From Rhodothermales bacterium (lineage in GTDB: Bacteria > Bacteroidota > Rhodothermia > Rhodothermales > VXPQ01), in contig JBBDTI010000012.1 of assembly GCA_040904565.1 (NCBI GenBank), forward strand, positions 13,307-40,873: a DNA stretch of 27,567 nucleotides, in the 5' to 3' direction. Numbering within the stretch: the first letter of the stretch is position 1; every line of letters begins with the position of its first letter. Of the stretch, positions 8,674 through 16,221 are shown piece after piece. Both the position numbers and the translations under genes were made by a program. Below the pieces are notes generated by a model that made no database searches, had not been told where the DNA came from, and saw only the letters and a program-made list of their open reading frames with translations.

Positions 8674-9921
8674 TTGACTCGACCCGCTCCATCCGACGAA
8701 ACCGATCCACATTCGGCCTCCGGCGGTTCCGCCACAACGCCGGGCAGCACGTCCGGCAGTGCATCCAGCACAGAGCCCGGCACAGAGTCCGGCAGTGGAT
8801 CCGCCGCGCGGGACGTTCGCCGGACCGGCGCGCTGCGCACGCCCACCATGGCGGAGGTCTCCGTCGGCCGCCTGAAGCATAATGTAGCGGTCGTTCGCCG
8901 GAGGCTGGGTGATGCCGGGCTCATCGCCGTCGTCAAGGCGGACGCCTACGGCCACGGGGCTACGCGCATCGCTCGCGAGCTGGCCGCGCTCGGGATCGAA
9001 TGGTTCGGCGTCGCGACGGTAGAGGAAGCGATCGCCCTCCGCCGATCGGGTATAGAGGGCCGCATTCTGGTCATGACGGCCCCGCTCGAAGAACACCTCG
9101 ACGCCTTCCCCCTCTACGAACTCGATGCGACGGTCTCCTCGGCTTCCATGGCCGACGCCATCATCAACGCCGGCGGCCGCGTGGCCGTTCACCTCAAGGT
9201 CGACACAGGCATGGGCCGCATCGGCGTTTCCGCCGGCGAGGCCGAAGAGGTCGTCCGAAGGCTGGAAAAAGCGCCCCACGTCGATATTGCCGGTATCTGG
9301 ACGCACTTCGCGTCGGCAGACGAGCAGGACCTCGCCTTTACGTACGAGCAGCTCGATCGCTTCGACGCGGTGGTCGCGCGCGTCGGCGACGCGGCCGCCC
9401 ATATCCACGTGGCCAACACGGCGGCCGCGCTGCGTGTGCCCGAGTCCCTGGCATACGGCCGCGCGATGGCCCGTATCGGCCTCGGCCTCTACGGGTATAC
9501 GGGTCTCGACGACTCGGACGGGCACGACGAGCTGCTCCCCGTCATGACGGTTACGTCGCGCGTCGTGCACGTAAAGACGGTCGAACCCGGAACCCCCATC
9601 TCGTACGGACAGGGATGGACGGCGACTCGAACTACGCGGATCGCTACCGTCGGCGCGGGCTATGCCGACGGCTACCACCGCGCCCTGTCCAACCGGTCTT
9701 CCGTCGGGATCCATGGAGACCGCTACCCGGTCACGGGAGCCGTATGCATGGACACGTTTATGGTAGATCTCGGGCCCGATTCGGACGTCTCACCCGGCGA
9801 CGTGGTCGTTCTCTTCGGCGAAGGCGGGCCCGACGCCGCCGAACTCGGCTCGCGGGGCGACACGATCCCGTACGAGATCCTGACCAGCGTGTCGGGCCGC
9901 GTACCGCGACTCTACGTCTGA
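8674..9921 (+). CDS. alr: Alanine racemase
   Basis: PLP-lysine motif AVVKADAYGHG, plus HLKVDTGMGRIG, THFASAD, ISYG (catalytic Tyr), GYADG, VCMD and TIPYE. The start is uncertain: TTG 8674 (with a Ser/Gly/Thr-rich extension) or ATG 8848. Confidence 0.94.
   Translation: MTRPAPSDETDPHSASGGSATTPGSTSGSASSTEPGTESGSGSAARDVRRTGALRTPTMAEVSVGRLKHNVAVVRRRLGDAGLIAVVKADAYGHGATRIARELAALGIEWFGVATVEEAIALRRSGIEGRILVMTAPLEEHLDAFPLYELDATVSSASMADAIINAGGRVAVHLKVDTGMGRIGVSAGEAEEVVRRLEKAPHVDIAGIWTHFASADEQDLAFTYEQLDRFDAVVARVGDAAAHIHVANTAAALRVPESLAYGRAMARIGLGLYGYTGLDDSDGHDELLPVMTVTSRVVHVKTVEPGTPISYGQGWTATRTTRIATVGAGYADGYHRALSNRSSVGIHGDRYPVTGAVCMDTFMVDLGPDSDVSPGDVVVLFGEGGPDAAELGSRGDTIPYEILTSVSGRVPRLYV
8737..8808 (+). 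repeat. Degenerate 12-bp tandem repeat (6 units) in the alr 5' region
   Basis: Units: acgccgggcagc / acgtccggcagt / gcatccagcaca / gagcccggcaca / gagtccggcagt / ggatccgccgcg. Confidence 0.65.
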
Positions 9922-9984
9922 GGGAGTCTGAGGGCGTCCGACGGAGTCCGTGAACGTGTGTGCGTCTGTGAGCGTCTCACGGAC
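9916..9984. repeat. Degenerate ~10-bp tandem repeat overlapping the alr stop, with an internal inverted repeat
   Basis: Units: gtctgaggga / gtctgagggc / gtccgacgga / gtccgtgaac / gtgtgtgc / gtctgtgagc / gtctcacgga. GTCCGTGA (9946-9953) pairs with TCACGGAC (9977-9984). Confidence 0.6.
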
Positions 9985-10283
9985 GGCGCCCGAAGCCGAC
10001 GGCCTGCAACAGTCGCTCGCCGGGCGACACCCCTGCGCAACGCGTACCCCTCATTTGCGTACCTTGGATACGCCGCGTACGGGGGCTCACCACGCCGCAG
10101 TGCGTCCGATCCGGCCGTCATCCCTGCAAAGTGTCGAAGGATTTAGTAAATATTCAAGGGAAGGGAGGCGATTGTACCCGCTTCGCCGCAAGCGCGAGTT
10201 TAATGCTATGCCGAAGAGGGATATATTTGAGGATCTAATCAGTACCGATATCCACCCACACCGATACATACGGAACCGATAGC

Positions 10284-10994
10284 ATGGCCACACCTGCAGA
10301 TCCTTCGAGCGTCAACGTCCTCGTAGTAGATGACGAGGAAGATGTCGTTGAAGTGGTGAGTCACTTCCTCTCCGAGGAAGGATACAACGTTGAGAAAGCA
10401 TTCGACGGCGAGGAGGCGCTCGAGCACGCGACGCCGGAAATCGATCTTATCGTGCTCGACATCATGTTGCCGGGCCTCGATGGATACGAGGTCTGCAAGC
10501 GCCTTCGGTCGCGGGTAGAAACCGAGACGATACCGATCATTTTTCTGAGTGCGAAAACCGAGGAAGAGGATCAGGTTCGCGGGCTGATGATGGGTGGCGA
10601 TGATTACCTGACCAAGCCGGTCTCGCCTCAGGTGATCGTCGCTCACGTCAAGGCGGTGCTCCGCCGGTCGGGCGTCGAGGAAAGCAAGACGATCGAGGTA
10701 AACGACCTCACGATCTATGAGGATGAATACCGTGCCGTGCTGGACGGTGACGACCTCGGCCTGACGCTCACCGAGTTCGAGCTCCTGCGTTATCTCGTTC
10801 GCCATCCCCGAAAAGCCTTCACGCGCCAGCAGCTCCTGGAAACGATCTGGCAGGATGCCATGATGGTTACGGAGCGCACGGTGGATGCTCACATCAAGAA
10901 TCTCCGGGAGAAGCTCGGCTCGTTCGCCCGGCACATTCAGACCGTGCGGGGTGTCGGCTACCGATTCGTCAAGGAAGTCTCCGACGACGAGTAG
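10284..10994 (+). CDS. OmpR/PhoB-family response regulator (PhoB/PhoP-like)
   Basis: Receiver domain VLVVDDE...LDIMLPGLDG...FLSAK...DDYLTKP and winged helix LTLTEFELL...RTVDAHIKNLREKL...IQTVRGVGY. Confidence 0.95.
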   Translation: MATPADPSSVNVLVVDDEEDVVEVVSHFLSEEGYNVEKAFDGEEALEHATPEIDLIVLDIMLPGLDGYEVCKRLRSRVETETIPIIFLSAKTEEEDQVRGLMMGGDDYLTKPVSPQVIVAHVKAVLRRSGVEESKTIEVNDLTIYEDEYRAVLDGDDLGLTLTEFELLRYLVRHPRKAFTRQQLLETIWQDAMMVTERTVDAHIKNLREKLGSFARHIQTVRGVGYRFVKEVSDDE

Positions 10995-11084
10995 GCGCGC
11001 GTAGCCGGCCATGCGCGGCGCGCGCCCGAGCCCGGCGTCGCGAGCATTTCCTTAACCGGCCTCTTTCACGCAGTACCTCGAATC

Positions 11085-12554
11085 ATGGGCTGGCTACAAC
11101 GCCTGACCAACCTGGTCGTCCCGAGACGGGCGACGACGCAGACGTGGATGATCCTCACGTTTGCACTGTTCGTGGGTCCGGCCGTACTCGCGGTCGGCGT
11201 CTACGTCGCCTTCGCGCTGCGCGGAGAGACGTCCGAAGCGACGCGGCAGATGCTCGTTGGACAGGCCGAGCGCATCGCCATCCAGCTCGAACGCGTCGAG
11301 GCGCCTGAAGACCAGCTGGAGGTAGCGCGCGACATCAGCCGGCTCACCGACGTCCGGATCACGCTTGTTCGGGACGACAGCGTGCTGTGGGACGTGGACC
11401 GGAACGGGTTGCTCGCCGACGACGACGTACTTATGGGCCCGGAGATAAACGTCGGCCCCGAGGATCCTGTTCGGTACGCGTCTCGAGAGGACGAAGCCGA
11501 CAACGTCATGCTCTTCGCAGCCGTATATCGGTCCGGATCGAATCTCGTCGTTCGGATCGGACAACGCGAGCCGCCTCTCGTCTCGCTCGTCCAGAATATG
11601 CTGATCGCCCTGGTCGTCGGTATGGCCATGGCGCTGCTTCTGGCCCTGCTCGGAAGCTGGGTTGCGGCGCACCAGGTGACGTCTCCTCTGCTCGCCATCC
11701 GGAACTCCGCTCGACGTATTGCGGAGGGCGATCTCGGCGAGAAGATCAAGGTGGACTCGCGTGCGGCGGAGTTTCACGAGCTCGCGATGAGTCTCAATCG
11801 CATGTCGGACAGCCTGAAGCGCCAGATCAACGAGCTGCAGCGTCTTACCCAGCTGCAGAACGACTTCATCGGCAACGTCAGTCACGAGGTCCGGAATCCC
11901 ATTTTCGCCGTCAGCGGGTATCTGGAGGCGCTCGGCAGCGGGACGCTCACCCCGGAGATGCGCAAGCGGTACGCCGAGAAAGGGCTCATCAACCTCCACC
12001 GCCTGCAGAATCTCTTCAACGACCTGATCGAGATCGCACGGCTGGAGTATCGCGAGGACCTTATCAAGCCGTCCGTTTTCGATCTGGAAGAACTGACCGA
12101 TGAGGTCGGAGACATCCTGCGGCCGAAAGCGGCACACAAAGGACTGAATCTGGAGCTCGAGAACCCACGCCTCTTCGTTCACGCCGATAGAAATCGCATT
12201 CGACAGGTCCTGACGAACCTGATCGACAACGCTATTGCCTATACCGATGAAGGCACGGTTCGCTGCCGCTTCAGACGGCGCCTGGAAAAAGTACGTGTCG
12301 AAATCATCGATACGGGTCGCGGTATCCCCGAAGATCATCTCGAGCGGATCTTCGAACGCTTCTACCGGGTCGACCCCGACCGATCGCGTCGCAGCGGCGG
12401 CACGGGACTCGGCCTCAGCATCGTTCATCAGATCCTGCATGCCCACGGAGAGCGGATCCACGTCGAGAGTACCGTCGGCCGCGGGACCCGCTTCTGGTTC
12501 GAGCTTCCATTCGCCGACCAGCCCGGTGAACCGTCGGACGATGACCGAGCGTAG
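11085..12554 (+). CDS. Membrane sensor histidine kinase (2 TM, HAMP, HisKA, HATPase), PhoR-like
   Basis: Two hydrophobic segments and a HAMP domain (PLLAIRNSARRIAEGDL). H-box FIGNVSHEVRNP, N-box QVLTNLIDNAIAY, G1 DTGRGI, F-box IFERFYRVD and G2 GGTGLGL. Confidence 0.95.
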   Translation: MGWLQRLTNLVVPRRATTQTWMILTFALFVGPAVLAVGVYVAFALRGETSEATRQMLVGQAERIAIQLERVEAPEDQLEVARDISRLTDVRITLVRDDSVLWDVDRNGLLADDDVLMGPEINVGPEDPVRYASREDEADNVMLFAAVYRSGSNLVVRIGQREPPLVSLVQNMLIALVVGMAMALLLALLGSWVAAHQVTSPLLAIRNSARRIAEGDLGEKIKVDSRAAEFHELAMSLNRMSDSLKRQINELQRLTQLQNDFIGNVSHEVRNPIFAVSGYLEALGSGTLTPEMRKRYAEKGLINLHRLQNLFNDLIEIARLEYREDLIKPSVFDLEELTDEVGDILRPKAAHKGLNLELENPRLFVHADRNRIRQVLTNLIDNAIAYTDEGTVRCRFRRRLEKVRVEIIDTGRGIPEDHLERIFERFYRVDPDRSRRSGGTGLGLSIVHQILHAHGERIHVESTVGRGTRFWFELPFADQPGEPSDDDRA

Positions 12555-12713
12555 GCGGGCTCCGACGGAACGGGAAACGCCTGAGAACATTGAAAAAGAG
12601 GGGCAGGAATCGGTGCACTCTGGTTATGCGACCCGGTATCCGCTTTGCTCCTCATTACCCATTCCGGCCGCCGGGTTGGATCGTGCTGCCTGTCAAGAGA
12701 CGTTCTCGATTCT

Positions 12714-14867
12714 ATGGCGAAAACTGAAGAGTCCAGGTCCCACGACGCCATCGCAGATCAGGAGGCGCTTTCCCTTCCGGATTTGAACGGCGACGACGGT
12801 CGAACGACCGTGGCGGCGCCGCAGATCGGCTACGTTGGAAACCTGGACGTCGAGACGCTGACGCCGGCTGATTTCGACAGAGATACGCTCACGCGCGTCT
12901 ATCGCACCATGCTGCTCTCCCGGCGGCTCGACGAGAAGATGCTCACCCTTCTCAAGCAGGGGAAGGGCTTTTTCCATATCGGATGCGCGGGACACGAAGC
13001 GGCGCAGGCGGCGGTCGGACTCTATGCCCGACCGGGGCATGACTGGTTTTGCATGTACTACCGGGACCTATGCATGGCCCTTTCGCTCGGCATGACGGCG
13101 CGGGAAACCATGCTCGCCCATCTGGCCAAGGCCGACGACCCCAATTCGGGCGGCCGGCAGATGTCGGAGCACTACGGCCTCCGCCCCCTTAACATCATGG
13201 CGTCATCGTCGTCGGTCGCCGCGCAGTTTCTTCCCGCGCTCGGTTTCGGAATGGCCGTCCAGCGTCGTCAGGAGGATGCCTTCGTCTACGCATCCGGCGG
13301 TGAGGGAGCGACCTCGCAGGGTGATTTCCACGAGGCGCTCAACTGGGCGACGCGCATCAAGGCGCCCGTTCTCTTCTTCATCCAGGACAATAAGTTTGCC
13401 ATTTCCGTGCCCGTGGAGGACCAGACGGCGGGAGGCACGCCGTACAAGCTCGCGGCTGGTTATGAAGGCCTCAAGCGCGCGCGGGTCGACGGCACCGACT
13501 TCTTCAGGGTGGCGGCGGTGGCGCGGGCCGCCACCGAGCACATTCGAGCCGGCAACGGACCGGTATGCCTGGTAACCGACGTCGTGCGGCTCCTTCCCCA
13601 TTCTTCGTCCGACAACCACGCGAAGTACCGGTCGCCCGAAGAGCTGGCCAAGGACAAAAAGGTCGATCCCATCGCCAGGATGGAGATGACGCTCGTCGAA
13701 GCGGGCGTGCTGGTTCAGGACGCGATCGACGCACTGAAAGCGGAGGTCCGCCAGGAAGTCAATGAGGCCGCGGCGTGGGCGGCCGAGCAGCAAGACCCGA
13801 CGCCGGAGAGTGCCACGCGTCACGTCTATTTCGAAGGGTCGCTCGACCTCGAGTACGAAGCGTCGGAGCCGTCCGGCAAACCGCTGGTCATGGTCGACGC
13901 CATCAACGAAGCCCTCAAGGAGGAGATGGCGCACAACGAACGAATGCTCGTCTACGGGGAAGACGTGGCCGGCCAGAAAGGGGGGGTGTTCACGGCAACC
14001 CGAAACCTCACCTCTACCTACGGGGCCGACCGCTGCTTTAACTCACCGCTCGCCGAAGCCTCCGTCGTGGGAACCGCGGTCGGACTCGCCGCATCGGGAT
14101 TCAAACCGGTCGTCGAGATTCAGTTCGCCGACTACATCTGGCCCGCCATGCAGCATCTGCGCAACCAGGTGGCCCCCTTCCGGTACCGATCCAACAATAA
14201 CTGGAACTGCCCGATGGTCATCCGCGTGCCGTGCGGGGGCTACATCCACGGCGGACTCTGCCACTCTCAGAACATCGAGGCGATCTTCTCACATTTTCCC
14301 GGCCTTAAGGTGGCGATGCCTTCGATCGCGTCCGATGCGAAAGGGCTCTTGAAGACGGCCATTCGATCCGAAGACCCCGTTCTCTTTCTGGAGCATAAGG
14401 GACTCTACAGGATGGCGGGCGCCCGCTCACCGGCACCCGACTCGGATTACTATCTACCGTTCGGAAAGGCTCGTATCGCGCGGGAGGGTACCGACCTCAC
14501 GATCGTGTCCTGGGGCATGATCGTCCACAAGGCCGTAGCCGCGGCCAAGCGCCTGGAGAAGGAAGACGGCATCTCCGTCGAAATCGTCGACATCCGCACG
14601 ATGGTGCCGCTCGACATGGCCTCCATCCTGGCGTCCGTCGAGAAGACGAACCGCGTACTCGTGGCCTATGAAGACCACGAGTTTATGGGCTTCGGAGCGG
14701 AGATCGCCGCGCAGATCGCCGACCAAGCGTTCACCTGCCTCGATGCTCCCGTACGCCGCCTGGCGGGTGCCTTTTCCTACATTCCTTTCGCGGATCCTCT
14801 CGAGAAAGCCGTGCTGCCCCAGGACGAAGATCTGTACGCGGCCGCGCGCGGCGTCCTCGGATACTGA
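12714..14867 (+). CDS. 2-oxoacid (probably branched-chain, 2-oxoisovalerate) dehydrogenase E1, fused alpha/beta subunits
   Basis: Alpha part: GHEAAQ, YYRD, SGGRQMSEH, TPP motif GEGATSQGDFHEALN...QDN, PHSSSD. Beta part: GEDVA, GGVF, PLAE, EIQFADY, HSQ, FLEHK. Start assigned to ATG 12714 (MAKTEE). Confidence 0.92.
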   Translation: MAKTEESRSHDAIADQEALSLPDLNGDDGRTTVAAPQIGYVGNLDVETLTPADFDRDTLTRVYRTMLLSRRLDEKMLTLLKQGKGFFHIGCAGHEAAQAAVGLYARPGHDWFCMYYRDLCMALSLGMTARETMLAHLAKADDPNSGGRQMSEHYGLRPLNIMASSSSVAAQFLPALGFGMAVQRRQEDAFVYASGGEGATSQGDFHEALNWATRIKAPVLFFIQDNKFAISVPVEDQTAGGTPYKLAAGYEGLKRARVDGTDFFRVAAVARAATEHIRAGNGPVCLVTDVVRLLPHSSSDNHAKYRSPEELAKDKKVDPIARMEMTLVEAGVLVQDAIDALKAEVRQEVNEAAAWAAEQQDPTPESATRHVYFEGSLDLEYEASEPSGKPLVMVDAINEALKEEMAHNERMLVYGEDVAGQKGGVFTATRNLTSTYGADRCFNSPLAEASVVGTAVGLAASGFKPVVEIQFADYIWPAMQHLRNQVAPFRYRSNNNWNCPMVIRVPCGGYIHGGLCHSQNIEAIFSHFPGLKVAMPSIASDAKGLLKTAIRSEDPVLFLEHKGLYRMAGARSPAPDSDYYLPFGKARIAREGTDLTIVSWGMIVHKAVAAAKRLEKEDGISVEIVDIRTMVPLDMASILASVEKTNRVLVAYEDHEFMGFGAEIAAQIADQAFTCLDAPVRRLAGAFSYIPFADPLEKAVLPQDEDLYAAARGVLGY

Positions 14868-14971
14868 CTCGGGGACCCTTCGGGGACTCGTTCGGGGATT
14901 GACGTCGGGCGAGGCCGGGAGGCGACGTAGGGCACGATCGCCGGGATCAGGCGTCGATGCGCCGCTTGCGG

Positions 14972-16141
14972 TCAGACGCGCTGCAGCGCGCGGTCGAGGT
15001 CGTCGATCAGATCGTCGATATCCTCGATACCCACCGAGATCCGGATCAGCGAATCGTGCAGCCCGATGCGCAGCCGCTCTTCGCGCGGCACGGAAGCGTG
15101 GGTCATACTGGCCGGATGTTCTATCAGGCTCTCCACACCGCCGAGACTCTCCGCAAGCGCGAAGACGGACATCCCCGACATGACGCGCGTGGCCTTCTCT
15201 ACGTCGTCGTCGACCAGCGAGAACGACAGCATCCCCCCGAAATCGCGCATCTGCTTTCGAGCGAGATCGTGGCCGGGATCGCCGGGCAGGCCCGGATAGT
15301 GAACGCGCCCGACTTTGGGATGATCGTCGAGATACGCGGCCACGGCGCGGGCGTTGCGGCAGTGCCGCTCCATGCGCACGTGCAGCGTCTTCGTACTGCG
15401 CAGCACGAGGAAACAATCCATCGGCGCGGGTATCGCACCCGCCGCCTTGACCTGAAAGCGGAGGTGTTCCTCCCATCGATCGCTGCTCGTAAGTACCGCT
15501 CCACCGATCACGTCCGAATGTCCGCCGAGATATTTCGTCGTCGAATGCATCGATAGGTCCGCCCCCAGCGCCAGCGGCTGCTGCAGGTACGGCGAGGCGA
15601 ACGTATTGTCTACGGCCACGTCGACGTCCACCGCCCGGGCTATCTCGGAGAGCCGCTCGATGTCGACGACGCGCATCAAGGGATTGGTCGGCGTTTCGAT
15701 CCACATCAACCGTGTCTGCGGGCGCAGCGCCGCCTCGACGGAGTCGAGATCCGTCATGTCGACGAAGGTGAACTCGATGCCGTACGGCTCGAACACCTGC
15801 CGGAAGAGCCGGACCGTCCCGCCGTAGAGGTCGTCCATCGCCACCACGTGATCGCCCGGGCGAAGCGCCTTCAGGATAGCGTCGATAGCGGCCACGCCGG
15901 ACGCGAAGCAGATGCCGTGACGCGCTCCTTCCAGCGCCGCGAGGTTGCCTTCCAGCGCCGTTCGCGTGGGATTGGAGACGCGAGCATATTCGTATCCCTT
16001 ATGCTTCGTCGGAGCGTCCTGTACGAACGTCGACGTCTGGTAGATGGGCGTCATGATCGCGCCCGTGCTCGGATCCGGCTGCTGTCCCGCGTGGATCGCA
16101 AGCGTTCCGAATCCTCTCCGATTTTCGGTATGCTCTTTCAT
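14972..16141 (-). CDS. Cystathionine gamma-lyase/gamma-synthase (Cys/Met metabolism PLP enzyme)
   Basis: Motifs PIYQTSTF, YARVSNPT, YGGT, ETPTNP, VDNTF, PLP-lysine HSTTKYLGGHSD and ESLGGVESL. A GGAG RBS lies upstream. Confidence 0.93.
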   Translation of the reverse strand: MKEHTENRRGFGTLAIHAGQQPDPSTGAIMTPIYQTSTFVQDAPTKHKGYEYARVSNPTRTALEGNLAALEGARHGICFASGVAAIDAILKALRPGDHVVAMDDLYGGTVRLFRQVFEPYGIEFTFVDMTDLDSVEAALRPQTRLMWIETPTNPLMRVVDIERLSEIARAVDVDVAVDNTFASPYLQQPLALGADLSMHSTTKYLGGHSDVIGGAVLTSSDRWEEHLRFQVKAAGAIPAPMDCFLVLRSTKTLHVRMERHCRNARAVAAYLDDHPKVGRVHYPGLPGDPGHDLARKQMRDFGGMLSFSLVDDDVEKATRVMSGMSVFALAESLGGVESLIEHPASMTHASVPREERLRIGLHDSLIRISVGIEDIDDLIDDLDRALQRV

Positions 16142-16158
16142 GATAAGCTCCTGGTAAT

Positions 16159-16191
16159 AAAAAACCCGAGCCTCTTGATCGGAGGCCCGGG
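16159..16191 (-). terminator. Rho-independent terminator downstream of the TPR lipoprotein gene
   Basis: Minus strand reads CCCGGGCCTC-cgatcaa-GAGGCTCGGG-TTTTTT: a 10-bp stem with one G-U pair followed by a U6 tract. Confidence 0.85.
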
Positions 16192-16221
16192 CCGCTATGG
16201 TTCTACAGAAAGGGCGAAACG

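Noticed and set aside
9950-10282. 110-aa ORF (and overlapping short ORFs) in the alr-regulator gap
   Set aside because: No RBS, motif or typical composition, and it runs through a repeat and the AT-rich probable promoter.
12575-12713. Possible TPP riboswitch (CTGAGA) before a TPP-dependent enzyme
   Set aside because: The downstream ACCC, ACCTGA and TAAT..GCG.AGGGA elements of the THI box are missing.
12714-14867. E1 alpha/beta fusion as a novelty
   Set aside because: Fused E1 subunits are well known in Bacteroidota, Chlamydiae and other groups.
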